Below, in pieces: positions 25,426 to 38,994 of a stretch of DNA of 64,000 nucleotides. The stretch covers positions 38,378,001-38,442,000 of the forward strand of contig OX597824.1 of the NCBI GenBank assembly GCA_951406725.2. Direction: 5' to 3'. The DNA comes from Octopus vulgaris (Eukaryota). Every line of letters begins with the position of its first letter. The stretch's first letter is position 1. Both the position numbers and the translations under genes were made by a program. The notes under the pieces were generated by a model. It did not search any database. It was not told where the DNA came from and saw only the letters and a program-made list of their open reading frames with translations.

Positions 25426-25698
25426 TAACTATATATATACATATCTGTGTGTGTATGTATGAGTAGAAATATGCACACATAAACAAAGCACACGCATACA
25501 AATAAAATTCTAAGCACATATGTACGAATGTGCAACCTGACCAAAGTTGTGCTAAATTCTCTCTGAAACAGTTCCTGAAACAGTTTAAAATTTAGATTTT
25601 TGTACATGTTGATAAATATAGGGAATCGCACGCACACGAACACAAGTCCGCACATACATGCATGCATACATACATACATACATACATACATACATACA

Positions 25699-25732
<34 letters not shown>

Positions 25733-25789
25733 CATACATGCACATTAAGTACAGTCATGAATATACGAGTGTGTGTATATATATATGCT

Positions 25790-26004
25790 TTTTTACTCTT
25801 TCACTCTTTTATTTGTTTCAGTCATTTGACTGCAGCCATGCTGGTGTACCGCCTTTAATCGAACAAATCAACGCCAGGACTTATTCTCTTTTGCCGAACC
25901 GATAAGTTGCAGGGACGTAAACACACCAGCATCGGTTGTCAAGCGATGATGCGGGACAAACACAGATACAGAGACATGTACGAACACACGCACACACACA
26001 CACA

Positions 26005-26085
<81 letters not shown>

Positions 26086-26460
26086 GGTCTTCTTTCAGTT
26101 TCCGTCTACCAAATTCACTCACAAGGCTTTGGTCGGCCCGATGCTATAGTGGAAGAGTATTGCCCAATGTGCCACGCAGTGGGACCGAATCCGGAACCAT
26201 GTGGTTGGTAAACAAGCTACTTACCACGCAGCCATTCCTTATCTTTTATCTTTTATCTGTTTCAGTCATTCGACTGTAGCCATGTTGGGGTATCGCCTTG
26301 AATTTTTAGCCGTAGGAAATGTCCCCAGTATTTGCTTTCTGATTTCTTTAAACCTGGTACTTATTCTATCGACCTCTTAGGCCCAACCGCTAGGCTCGGG
26401 GGTCGTAAACACACTAACACCTGTCGTGAAACGGTGGTGGGGAATGAACACAGACGCAAA
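25790..26460 (-). mobile_element. SINE family A copy (25790-26240) plus an adjacent older partial copy
   Basis: Same head, body and tail motifs as the other family A copies. Confidence 0.8.
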
Positions 26461-26563
26461 CAGTGTGTAAGTCAGGGCCATTCCGATAAGCTAGTTATCT
26501 GTCCCTGATTGGAACTCTCCCATATGTGACTTTCTCCTACTTCCGCGGACCACCGACCAACAG

Positions 26564-26803
26564 GCAAAGAAATCGTGCAAATACTGTTGTATATGCAGCA
26601 ATTATAGAGGGAACAATGTAGACGGCAAAGTTATTTCACTTTATAGATACCCTGCAAACGTCGCTATCCGTCATATTTGGCTTCAGAGATCGAAACTTGT
26701 GAGGAAAGACTCTGTTTACACTGCAAATAGCGCGATTTGCTCCCAGCATTTCGTCAATTCTAATGGACCATCGACAGATCACCCCTTGCCATTCGTTTAT
26801 TAG
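26564..26803 (+). pseudogene. THAP zinc-finger domain (transposase N-terminus), absent from the ORF track
   Basis: AKKSCKYCCICSNYRG...ISLYRYPANVAIRHIWL...AICSQHF...HPLPFVY*. No ATG remains. Confidence 0.8.
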
Positions 26804-26984
26804 ATAAACTTCAGAGATATCTGTATGTGACTGTGCATTTGTATTTGATAAATATGATAGGGATAAAGAAATATTCAAAATTAAGTCTCATTTATTTATT
26901 ATTCATTGCTCTAATTATATATTTATTTATTTACATCCATGAAAAATACAATTTATTATACAAGGGAAAAAAGTCAAAATAATT

Positions 26985-27361
26985 AAACTGGCTGTGTAGT
27001 TGCAATCAGCTGAATGCACATTGCCAGTGACCTTTGACATTCTGTGATCAGGATCGTTCTTTTTGTTAGAGATTGGTTTTGACGGGATTACCAGACACCG
27101 GACAATGCAGTGAGAGTAGTTTTCGGTAACATCATGATATTCAGTACTGTGGACGTGTATGTCATAGTAAAATATGCCACTTCTTAACTGTCGCTTTGCC
27201 TTCATTCGTAGCACGAGGTAGTTGTAAACGTCATTATTCGTAAAATTCGGCAACTTATAAAAATATTTAGCCCAATCTGATTTCAGTACATTAGGATCAG
27301 GTAAAACTTCACCGAGAGGAGAAACAAGTTTCTGCTTATTCCGGTCTGAAGTATATTTCAC
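26985..27361 (-). pseudogene. N-terminal part of the transposon accessory protein (SWIM/YqaJ-type second ORF)
   Basis: LPDPNVLKSDW...LPNFTNNDVYNYL...CIVRCLVIPS...TGNVHSADCNYTA, matching the remembered lead-in to the SWIM finger. Confidence 0.65.
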
Positions 27362-27660
27362 GTCTGTTGATTTTAATTCATTGACGTTCTTTATCGAAAG
27401 AATTTTATACCTTTTAACCTTTCAACCAAATCCGTCTTTTTCCCAATAACATACTGTCCATGTAATCGCAAATAATTCTTTAACTCGAGCTGCCTAATAT
27501 TCATGATATGACGTGACACATAACAGCAATGGCGTGGGTAGTCCGCGGAAGTAGAATTGTCTGCATGGAGAGCCGCCTAGCGAAGGGAGATAAACTACTT
27601 ATTGGAATGTCCTGAGAGAGTATATTTTCCAATGTGTACATTATTATATATATCAATTGA

Positions 27661-27923
27661 GGCCGATCTTATCAATTGGTTTCACACTATGGGTTCAATG
27701 AGGTGTTAGGTAATAGTCCGTTTTTGTAACCTCGTGTTCTTCAAAGAGCTGTTTTGGAATAAAATTTGGCGATTGCTCTCTATTGTTGGAGATGAACAGA
27801 CACACCCGGTTTGTGGTTCCTGTGAAAAGACGATGAACTGAACCGAGCGGGGGTTCAGTTAGGAATTATGTGCCTTGATATCAAAATATCTCTGAGTGTG
27901 TCAAACCGATTGTAAGATCGGCC
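27661..27923. mobile_element. Small MITE, Tourist-like
   Basis: TIRs GGCCGATCTTATCAATTGGTTTCACACT / AGTGTGTCAAACCGATTGTAAGATCGGCC. TSD unclear. Confidence 0.55.
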
Positions 27924-28004
27924 GTTACGGATATATAACACCGCACACCTCGACTGACAATATCAATCAAGCAAATTATTTGCTATAACAATTTTTGCTT
28001 CAGC

Positions 28005-28960
28005 AACTCACGCCGAGAAAACACTTAGCGGCATTTCTTCCGTCTTCACGTTCTGAGTTCAAATCCTGCCGAGGTCGACTTTGCCTTTCGCCTTTCCGGG
28101 GTCGATAAAATAAGTACCAGTTGATCACTAAGATCGAAGTAACTGACCTACCCACTTCACCGAAATTGCTGGCCTTAAATAAACATGTGAAACCAATATT
28201 ACTGTAAATAAATAAATAAACTAAAACATACGGATTGTCAAAAATTTCATTTCATGAAAAATGTCAAGCAATTTCTTCTCTCCTGGTATTTTGTAGTTAA
28301 AGCAAAACAAAAAACAAAAAGCAATTGGAGTGTTGTCATTAAATGCAGTGACATGTTTATGATTTAAATATGATATGATCACGAGATACATAAAATAAAA
28401 TAATTTTGTTTATTTCTATTAACTTTATGAGCAATTTACAGCGCCAGCGGACAGCTGGCAAACTCGTTAAAGTGTGGGGAAAATACTTGGCATTATTCGT
28501 TTTTTTTTTTTTTGTCCGAATCCCGTTGAGATGGATTTTGTCATTCATACCTTTGTGTCGATCAAACAAAGTACCAGCTACGTGGTTAGGTCATAAACAT
28601 TGACCAGTCACTTTCCTTGAAAAGTTGCTGACCTTGTGCCTAAATTAGAAACCAAAGCAGCGATCTAGCAAAATGGTTAGAGCACCGGAAAAATACTGAG
28701 AGATATTTATCCTGGTTTTTCACTTTTTGACTTCAAATTCCGCTGGAGTCAGCTTTGCCTTTCATCCCTCTGGGTTGATGAAATAAAGTACCGGTCAAGT
28801 ATTAGGATCGATGTAATCGACTAATCATCTCCCACTAAAATTATTGACTAGGGTCAAAATTTGAAACTAGCGGACAACACGCCTAGCGGTATTTTTCCCG
28901 GGTCCTTCCTGATTTCAAATCCGGGCGAAGTCAATGTTGCCTTTCAGGGTTTAATAGTTT
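28005..28960 (+). mobile_element. Cluster of degraded SINE family B copies
   Basis: Repeated GTTCAAAT.C.GCCGAGGTCGACTTTGCCTTTC...AAGTACC core. Confidence 0.7.
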
Positions 28961-29291
28961 CGGTCGACCTTAACTGATATCGGATATTTGCGCTTAAATC
29001 GGAAGCCAGTACGAAATGGCTGCGTACCATATTAAATAACTGGATGGATGTTATTTTAATTACTAGACATTAAAATCAGTTGTTTCTTTCTTTACACATT
29101 AAACAACTTTGAGGCTAATTTTTATTAAACAAAGACGCTCAGGAAAATGGGTTTTTTATTTTTTTATTGAAGTTTTGACCTATTTCCTAGACAATTAAAC
29201 TGACATTATGTCGATTTACTTTACCAGTGGAAAATCGAAACCTTCTAATGTTTCTTTCCTGCAGATTGGTGAATTACACTATGTAACAAAA

Positions 29292-29348
<57 letters not shown>

Positions 29349-29386
29349 CATCATTATCATTATTATTATTATAATCATTATCATCA

Positions 29387-29465
<79 letters not shown>

Positions 29466-30243
29466 CATCATCATCATCATCACTATCATTATTATTATTA
29501 TTATTATTACGTCTTTCGTCAGTAAGTGTTATTTCCTATTTGCTTCTATCTAGACATCAAATGAATGACTGCTATTCCCGCTCAAACTTTTCTTTTGTCA
29601 CTTGGATATCAATACTTTGAAGCTGACCTATTTTCCATTTTATTTCAGACAGATTCAGCACGGTATTGCTGAAGCAGAAGTATCGTTATAGCAAATATTT
29701 TGCTCAGTACCACAGATTTGCTTGTCAGTTGCTCGACCATAATCACTTAAGCATGGCTGTTAATGGCAGATAATATGTGCGTCTCTGATCACGAGCAGGA
29801 TTAGAGTGGGGAGCATCATAGTTATGTGATGAGAAGGATTCTTTGGGATTTGAATAAATGTAAAGAAAGCAAAGTTTGAAGGAAATATTAGTCATTTTTT
29901 AATACTTTCTACAGGTAAGCAAATTGTAAATAATATTTGCTGCCCAAGGACAAAAATCGTGTTACACAGTGTTATCTAAATAACTTTGCTTAACAATAAA
30001 TAATCTGTCAAAATTATCATTTGGTTAGTCAAAAGAAAAAGATAGAATTTTTTTAAAGCGAGTTTTAAACGAATAATATAGATAACCGTTCATACATTCT
30101 ACCCCTTGTCTAGAAATGTGTCAACCAAACTCTTGATTAACGTTTCATGTCATTTTTATACCTCATTCTTAAGAAACAAACTTCACAATGAAAACTTATG
30201 ATTTGTGCGAAAGCTTTAAAACACACACTTGCACACACACACG

Positions 30244-30336
<93 letters not shown>

Positions 30337-30782
30337 TAGTCGGTATCCGACTAATTCCTCACCCCTCAAAATTACTGGAAGGAGGTGAATTTGCAATGAT
30401 TAGAGCATTGGATAGACTTTCTCATTGTGTTTGTTCCGACTCTGTGCTCTAGGTTCAAATCTTCCTGAGATCAATTTTAGTTTTTATCGACTTGTTGAGA
30501 TCGATAAAAAAAGGTAACAATCTAAGACAGTAGATTGGGTGGAATTGTTAGGGCGTCAGACGAGACCTCTTGCGATGTCTGTTTTGGACCCTCACGCTTT
30601 GATCACAGGCCCTGCGACCAAACTGGCGCAGAGCTTTATCGGCCCAAAAAGTATGGGACTTAAACTTGGACAACATTAGTGGTGCGGAAGGGGATGATTA
30701 TATGCATGACGTTCTAACGTTTCTACAAGTTAGTCACCTTAGTGACAACAACAACAACAACAACACCAACACCAACACCACC

Positions 30783-30814
<32 letters not shown>

Positions 30815-30839
30815 CAACAACAATAATAATTATAATAAT

Positions 30840-31357
30840 CTGACATAGAAAGGCTATATATATAACTATTTCTTTACTACCCACACGGGGTTAAACACAG
30901 AGTGGACAAACAAGGACAGACAAACAGATTAAGTCTATTACATCGACCCCAGTGCGTAACTGGTACTTAATTTATCGACCCCGAAAGGATGAAAGGCAAA
31001 GTCGACCTCGGCGGAATTTGAACTCAGAACGTAACGGCAAACGAAATACGGCTACGCATTTCGCCCGGCGTGCTAACGTTTCTGCCAGCCCGCCGCCTTA
31101 AAGGCTATATATATAACGTATAGAGGGTGGTAGAGGCCTTATACAACTGGAAAACTATAATAAAATAACCAACATAGGACTGCAAAAATACCTACTTCAG
31201 AATAAAGGGAAACTGATTCAAATAGCCGCAAAACACGAGCAAAGCAAAAAACTGTTCTTAGTATTTAAGGAAGCTGACAAATACAAATAAGAAATCATAC
31301 TAACAAATATGAAGAAGAAGAAGAAACAACAAAAGCTATAAAACAAATGAAATCCAT
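30840..31357 (+). mobile_element. R4/Dong-type LINE fragment split by a SINE
   Basis: SDIERLYI / RIEGGRGLIQLENY...IGLQKYL. Begins directly after (AAT)n. Confidence 0.75.
30867..31099 (-). mobile_element. SINE family B, full-length, with 18-bp TSD
   Basis: AAAGGCTATATATATAAC at both 30849-30866 and 31100-31117. Head GGCGGCGGGCTGGCAGAA. Confidence 0.9.
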
Positions 31358-31403
31358 ATATATTTATATGTGTGTGTGTGTATGCATATATGTATATATA
31401 TAG

Positions 31404-31726
31404 TGAAGGCGCATGGCTTAGTGGTTAGGGCATTCGGCTGACGATTGTAAGGTCGTGAGTTCGATTCCCGGCGATGCCATGTGTCCTTGAGCAAGACACT
31501 TTATTTCACGTTGCTCCAGTCCACTCAGCTGGCAAAAATGAGTTGTACCTGTATTTCAAGGGGCCGACCTTGTCACACTCTGTGTCACGCTGAATCTCCC
31601 TGAGAACTACGTTAAGGGTACTCGTGTCTGTGGGTTGCTCAGTCACTTGCACGTTAATTCCACGAGCAAGCTGTTCCGTTGATCGTATCAGCTGGGACCC
31701 TCGTCGTCGTAACCGACGGAGTGCTC
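31404..31726 (+). mobile_element. tRNA-derived SINE family C
   Basis: GGCGCATGGCTTAGTGGTTAG A box, GAGTTCGATTCCC B box, GTGTCCTTGAGCAAGACACTT core. Confidence 0.85.
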
Positions 31727-32370
31727 CTACCTACTATGTATATATACACATACATACGTATATATATTCCCCCTCCCCTCAACACCTTCTTAGTTACTAT
31801 ACGATTACACCTACACACCATTCTCCCGCACGATACTATCCTACGTTACTCTACTCTTATACATGCACACCTACAACATTCCCAGGAAACCATACGGACA
31901 CCATACAACATTTCTCCCCGTATGCCAATCTCAATACACAGACCCCCATCCTTTCCAGACTCTCACCACTCCGTCTTTTCTTCTCTTTCTAACCCTCTTC
32001 CCGCCAACGCAATAAAACTGCATTCGGACCTAGCTTCTAAACCTTTTTTCCTCCAACCACTTTTTCTCCCTTTTTTTATTTTTCTCACTACCATTTATCA
32101 TTTTGTATTTTTTTCTCTTCAAGGGCTAGCGTCCGAAACATCAAAGCTCTCTTCATTTTTTAAGCGTTAAACTAATAAGACATTTGTTAAGATTTGTCCC
32201 TCCCGTGTTGTCTTCTTTGTGATGCAATTTCCAGATGCAATTTTTAATTTTTAATTTATTAATTTGTAATTGATCGAGTCAAGCATGGAAACAAATTATA
32301 ATGGAAACATATCATATCTGCGTGTGCGTACATACATACATACATACATACATACATACACCCCCGCCAC

Positions 32371-32402
<32 letters not shown>

Positions 32403-32796
32403 ATTTGTACGTATGTATATATATATTTCTTGTCGCTCGACGATGAGGATTCAAGCGTTCGATCAAGTGGATTATCTTCTCTTGAATCAACGTGTAATTG
32501 GTTGAGTATTCCACAGAAAAGTACATCCTAAACAAAATTCGTGAGCAAAATCAGTATAGAACCGTATGAGACAAGGCTGTACTTCTTAATTACAGGTAAA
32601 ATCCCCTCAACGTGCTTCTATATAGTTTCCATCTACTCAATTTCACTGAACCTACAGAAAACAAAAATTCTAACCAAGATACTACGCAGTGCGACTGAAC
32701 CGTGAGCTTGTGGTTACAAAGCAAAGATTTTAACAGCTCGACCATGCACGTAGTATAATCATACAGATACGGCTACATCCACTTCTAATATGCGTA

Positions 32797-32937
32797 ACAG
32801 GTACTTATTTAATCGACCCCGAAATGATGAAAGGCAAAGTCGACGTCGACGGAATTTGAACTCGGGACGTAGCGGCAGACGAAATACTGCTAAGCATTTC
32901 GCCCGGCGTGCTAACGATTCTGCTAGCTCGCCGCCTT
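32797..32937 (-). mobile_element. SINE family B, 5' half
   Basis: Matches 30960-31098. Confidence 0.8.
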
Positions 32938-34524
32938 CTATACAATAAGACGCAAAAAGTTGTCGAATTCATCTCTCTCTTATTTCTTGAGCTGTCAACA
33001 TTTTCGTCGCACGTCTGTGATCCGGTCAATAATAGACATCCAATCCAATATACCATATTTAGCTGGCTTTGCGAGGGCAGCACTGATAAAATACTCTAAA
33101 AATAGGGTGAGGACTTATCAGAACACGTTTGCAAGACACTGAGGTAGAGTATTTCATGTTGACTCATCTATTAGTTGGTTTCTTATTAAGATAAGAATGC
33201 GGATGGACTCTCCTAAAATAGCTATTTGCGTACCGCATCCTATCAGCTCCACCCTTCAAACCCATATTTCTTTTTCTTATCATCCATTGGCAGATTCGTC
33301 AGTGCGCTGGGTCAGCTACCCGGTAACATTTATTTCAATTCTCTGCGTATGAGTTCAAATCCCGCTCAAGTCAATCTTTCCTTTTCTTTCTTTCTTTTTT
33401 TTTTTAGGTCAATAAAAAAAGAGTACCAATCGAAGATGACGAATTGGTGGAACTGTTATAACGCCGACTCGGGTACATTGCAGTATTTGTTTCGGCTTCT
33501 TGCATTCCGAGTTCAAATTCCACCATGGGGTATTTGGGTGGTAAATATAACCAGCTACCCAATTTAACAACACCACTCGATATCCTTAGCATCTTTAATG
33601 AAATCCACTTTTTTTACAAGAAATCGGGCCAGTGCTCCGCTTTGCGGACCTTCCTCCCATTTTCCCTCCCAGCAGTCTCGGAATCTATCTAAACAGCCAT
33701 AAGTATTGCTATTTTCTCTGAATGCAAGGTTTAAAAAAAAAAGCGATCTATCTATCACCTCCTCACCCCCTCCCCACTCATATCTTTTTACTCAGCCTTG
33801 CCCCCACATTTCAAATTCTTCAGAAAACTCTTCACGTCTTCTTGCGTATTCTCAACAAACAAATGCTTCGAAATAATCAAACGCAAGATTAACCGCATTA
33901 CTTTCACCAGTTTGGGAGGACCTATGAATATAATGGATGACTACCCCCACCCCCACGATCTTACCTCGGAGTAAATCATATAACAAGAACAACAACGACG
34001 ACAACGAGGGTCTGTACAAAATACGAGATAGTGGTGGAGGCGGTGGGGATGACGGTGATGGCACTATTGCTGATGATGGTCATTGAGGTTAATGGTGGTA
34101 ATAGAAGTGGTGGTTGTGGTGGTGGTGATGTTAGTGATGACAGTAGGTACGACTATATAAAGAGTGCGGATACAAACAATACAGTAAGCAAACCTATATA
34201 CACACACAAAGACACTACAAAACACATACACACACACACGCACACACAGATATAGACGCAAACGCATGTGCAGATAAGGATGCACATCATAGAAAGGCAG
34301 AATGGACCAAACAGAAAAGGAGGATAAACGTGGATGGAAGAGTCGCTGAAGAGGTCATAGATGTGTGACAAAAGATGTCTAGATAATGGACATAGGTTAA
34401 ATAAGAACAATAATAATCTAGAGGAGAACGAATATCTGGTGTATTTATATGTCAAGAAAAAAGAGAAATAAAGAAGGAAAATGACCATCTCGAAATATAA
34501 CAATAATATATATATATATATATA

Positions 34525-34913
34525 TACTCTTTTACTCTTTTACTTGTTTCAGTCAATTGACTGCGGCCATGCTGGAGCACCGCCTTTAATCGAGCAACTC
34601 GACCCCCAGGACTTATTCTTTTGTAAGCCCAGTACTTATTCTATCGGTCTCTTTTGCTGAACCGCTTAGTAAAGGGGACATAAACACACCAGCATCGGTT
34701 GTCAAGCAATGCTAGGGGGACAAACACAGGCACACACACACACACACGCATATATATATATATATATATACATATATACGACGGACTTCTTTCAGTTTTC
34801 GTCTACCAAATCCACTCACAAGGCTTTGGTCGGCCCGAGGCTATAGTAGAAGACACTTGCCCAAGATGCCACGCAGTGGGACTGAACCCGGAACCATATG
34901 ATTGGTAAACAAG

Positions 34914-34915
<2 letters not shown>
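34525..34915 (-). mobile_element. SINE family A
   Basis: Close match to 16300-16700. Confidence 0.9.
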
Positions 34916-34967
<52 letters not shown>

Positions 34968-34969
<2 letters not shown>

Positions 34970-35405
34970 GTTTTGGGATTTGGTTTGCAAGATTCATGTG
35001 AGTTCGTGTGTTGAAGCATATTCTGTGTCTCACCAAAAGAGAATGACTTTCCCCAGAGACAACAGTGTGACCTCCTTCGGTCAGACACTGACCATGGGCT
35101 TGCACCTAGAGAGTTACCCTCTGAGGCACAAGTCTGGGCAAGGTTGTTTTTATCGAAGACCAGTAGTCGCCCATGCATACTGGCCTCCCCTCTCCACGTC
35201 ACCAGTGTTATCCAAGGGAAAGGCAAGGGCAGATACAGCTTGGCACCTGTGACGTCGCAACTCATTTCTACAGCTGAGTGAACTGGAGCAACGTGAAATA
35301 AAGCGTCTTGCTCAAGAACACAACACGCAGCTCGGTCTGGGATTCGAGCTCAGTACCTCACGATCGTAAGCCCGACGCTCTAACCACTGAGCCACGCGCC
35401 TTCAC
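34968..35405 (-). mobile_element. SINE family C variant with a longer 3' part
   Basis: tRNA-like head at ~35330-35405 and the shared CTGGAGCAACGTGAAATAAAG core. Confidence 0.7.
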
Positions 35406-35431
35406 AGACACAAGAGTATATATACATATAT

Positions 35432-35482
<51 letters not shown>

Positions 35483-35675
35483 CATATATATATATAGAGG
35501 TGTGCATTTTTTCCCTTGTTAACAATTAACACGGATATATATATAACGGGAAGCTTTATGAAAATAGACAAAAGACGAAGGCAGGTTTACGGAAATAAAT
35601 AAAAGACGAAGGCAGGTGGAATACAAACAAACAATTGTATTAGTATGGCGCTCAGGAAATATAAATAAAACAAGT

Positions 35676-35711
35676 CTTTAACGTTTCGAGCCTACGCTCT
35701 TCAACAGAAAG
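35676..35711 (-). ncRNA. Hammerhead-like motif (A6U variant) in a PLE-type terminal repeat (~35540-35815)
   Basis: CUUU-CUGUUGA-A-GAGC(GUAG)GCUC-GAAA-C-GUU-AAAG. Confidence 0.45.
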
Positions 35712-36762
35712 ATACACAGAGAAAAAAAAACAGAAAGAAGGAGAGAAAAAAAATATGCGTGCAGAAGCTAGCGAATCAACAAGGCGATCTGATTTCGGCC
35801 AGAAGTCAAAGATCAAACATATATGTGTGTGTGTATGTTTATATACATACACGTATACACACACATACATAGGTATGTATGTATGTATGTATGTATGTAT
35901 GTATGTATGTATGTATGCATGTGTGTATGTATGTATGTATATATATATGTATATATATATACATATATATATACACATATATTAATCTAAGTGTAACCTA
36001 CCTACGAATACGACATTGTTTAGCGACACCAGATACTCAACATCTGCATTCATAGAAGTGGATATGAAAATGTGAGGAGTGTGTGCATTGTGTGTGTGTG
36101 TGTGTATATGTGCGAGTGTGTGCATAAGTGCTTATTTTATTATGCGTAAAATTCATTAATGTAATGTTTTGTGTATAGAAAATACAAGATTTTCCTGTTG
36201 TTTTTTGCCAACATGTCATTAATTACACTAATTATTATAGTATAAAGGTGAGAGGATATCGAGGAAAGAATGGAGAGGAGGATATAGAAGAAAGAATGGA
36301 GAAAGAGAGAGGGGGAGAGAGAAAAAGAAAGAAAGAAAGAAAGAAAGAAGGAAAGAAAGAAAGAATGAAAGAAAGAAAGTGTGTGTGTGTATGTGTGTTA
36401 GGGGTGGAAGGAAGAAGGACGAGAATATGTAGGAAAAAAAGAAAGGATCTTTTACTGGTTTCAGTCATTTGATGGGGGTCATGCTGGGATAGCATCGTGA
36501 AACGGTTTAGTCGAACAAGAAGACACTTTTTTGCTTGTCCGTTTGTTTCTTTAAACCTGTGACTTATTCCGTTAGTCTCTTTTGTCGAATCACTAAGTTA
36601 CGAGGACTTGAACTGCCGGCAGTGAAACACATACATACATACAAAGACGCACATAGAAACACACACACACATTATACATACATACATACATACATACATA
36701 CATACACACACAAACACGCACACACACACACATGTGTGTGTATATATATATATATATATGTA

Positions 36763-36891
36763 CAGGGTTGACCAAATGTCACCTGACAGAAAATCAAAAC
36801 CCATTTAAACATTCATAATTTGAATGAATAAATAAAATTGAATATTAAGTATTTATGAAATTTTCATTTACTGTCGGGTGACTTTTGGGCA

Positions 36892-36897
<6 letters not shown>
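36763..36897. mobile_element. 135-bp Tc1/mariner-type MITE
   Basis: TA-flanked. TIRs CAGGGTTGACCAAATGTCACCTGACAG / CTGTCGGGTGACTTTTGGGCAACCTT. Confidence 0.75.
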
Positions 36898-36930
<33 letters not shown>

Positions 36931-36990
36931 CCCGGATTTACCAAAGCCTTATGAGTGGGTGTGGAGGCTGGAAACAGAAAGAAACCCGTC

Positions 36991-37052
<62 letters not shown>

Positions 37053-37305
37053 ATATATATATAATTCCAGTCTGTTATATATTTTGAGCATTGTTATCAC
37101 TAGCGATATCAAGATATAACTTTGTATTTTGCATTTTATGTGTAGATGTATATATATAGATGTACATGTAATATGTACACATACATATACACATATATAC
37201 ATGCACTAGCACTATGACCCGGCAACGACGGGTCTTTAATGCTAGTATATTTACCAAAAGCCTCATGTGTGGGTGTGGAAGCCGGAAACAGAAAGAAACC
37301 TGTCG

Positions 37306-37346
<41 letters not shown>

Positions 37347-37828
37347 GACAGGAAGCCGGAAACAGAAAGAAACCTGTCGTATATATATATATATATATAT
37401 ATATACGACAGGTTTCTTTCTGTTTCCGGCTTCCACACCCACACACGAGGCTTTGGTAAATCCGGGTTATAGTAGAAAACACTTGCCCAAGGCACGTTGC
37501 AGCGGGGCGACTGAACTTGGAACCATGTGGTTGAGAAGTCAACTTCTTGCTACACCTGTGCCTATAATATGATAACTTTTTGTTTCCTTTTTTTTCCAGC
37601 AGCATCTCGATGCTAAATCAAACTAAAGTATAATATAATCGTAACATACAAAAGTAAAAATAGCAATTGGTATAAAATTGCATCAATGAACAGTCGACGG
37701 CGTTGGAGAATATGCAGTATTTTAAAATTGCAGTTGAGAAAAAGTTAGCGGACATGGAGGAGTGGAAGCCATCTGAATATGTCGTGACTGCTGCTCATAC
37801 ATACACGCTAAGATATATGTACACACAC

Positions 37829-38395
37829 AGGCAGAATCAGTAGCACGCTGGGCAAATTGCTTAGCGGTATTTCGTCTATCTTTACGTTCTGAATTCAAAT
37901 TCCGCCGAGGTCGACTTTGCCTTTCATCCTTTCGGGGTCAATAAATTAAGTACCAGTTACGCACTGGGGTCGATATAATCGACCTTAACCCGTTTGTCTG
38001 TCCTTGTTTGTCCCCTCTGTGTGTAGCCCCTTGTGGGTAGAAAAGAAATAGGTATTCGCCTGCCGTTACGTTCTGAGTTCAAATTCCGCCGAGGTCGACT
38101 TTGTCTTTCATCCTTTCGGGTTCGATTAAATAAGTACCAGTTACGCACTGGGGTCGATATAATCGACTTAATCCGTTTGTCTGTCCTTGTTTGTCCTCTC
38201 TGTGTTTAGCCCCTTGTGGTTAGTAAGGAAATAGGTATTTCGCCCATCTTTACTGTATGACTTCAAATTCCGCCGAGGTCATGTTTGGCTTTCGTCCTTT
38301 CGGGGTCGATAAATAAAGTACTAGATGAGCACTGAGGTCGATGTAATCGACATCCCAGAACTTTTTGGCCTTGAAATCTTGTGCCAAAATTTTAA
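37829..38395 (+). mobile_element. SINE family B tandem trimer
   Basis: Three ~180-bp units joined at AAGAAATA-GGTATT. Confidence 0.85.
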
Positions 38396-38857
38396 ATCAA
38401 ATATTTGCACACACACACGCACGCGCGCGGGCAGAAGATTATTAGTTGATTCAAATAGGTAAGTGGAACGAATGGGACTAGAACTGTATTCTGCAGTCAG
38501 CATTTGTCACATTAGGAAGAGCTGCATGTCTGTGTACACATGAACACTGTTTTCTTTGAGAAAATACTGGTGGTTTTGAAAAACATGTATAATGCAATTT
38601 CAAATTTTGGCACAAGGCCAGCAATTTTGTGTTCAATTGGTACTTATTTTATCGACCCGAAAGGATGAAAGGCAAAGTAAACCTTGGCGGAATTGGAACT
38701 CAGAAATATTTTGCCCGACGATTCTGTTAGATTGCTGCCCTAATGCAGGTTTTTTTTATCAATAAATTTAGAAATAAACATGCACTCGATTTTTCTGTCT
38801 ACAGAGTGTATTTGTTTTTGAGTCAATACGTATGTATGTGTGTGTGTGTATGTGTGT

Positions 38858-38911
<54 letters not shown>

Positions 38912-38994
38912 TTACGATTCAGCACCAAGCCAGTTCGGTATAGTCCGCGCAGCTCAAAGTTAGGTGAACAAAATGTAAATAAGTAACAAGGATA

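Larger units (their letters stand above)
26474..27613. mobile_element. Internally deleted two-gene DNA transposon, ISL2EU-type (PIF/Harbinger group)
   Basis: ~80-bp imperfect TIRs (AGGGCCATTCCGATAAG...CTACTTCCGCGGAC / GTCCGCGGAAGTAG...CTTATTGGAATGTCCT) enclosing two convergent gene stubs. Confidence 0.7.

Noticed and set aside
31404-31475. tRNA gene
   Set aside because: A and B boxes are present but run into a SINE body, and I could not fold a complete cloverleaf. The same applies to the other SINE heads.
34270-34440. Possible additional minus-strand exon (e.g. RLFHPRLSSFSVWSILPFYD)
   Set aside because: There are several AG candidates but no convincing donor, and the model does not need it.
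37829-38395. CRISPR-like or other prokaryotic repeat array
   Set aside because: The units are SINE bodies with no unique spacers. The window shows no cas genes, operons or other sign of bacterial or viral sequence.
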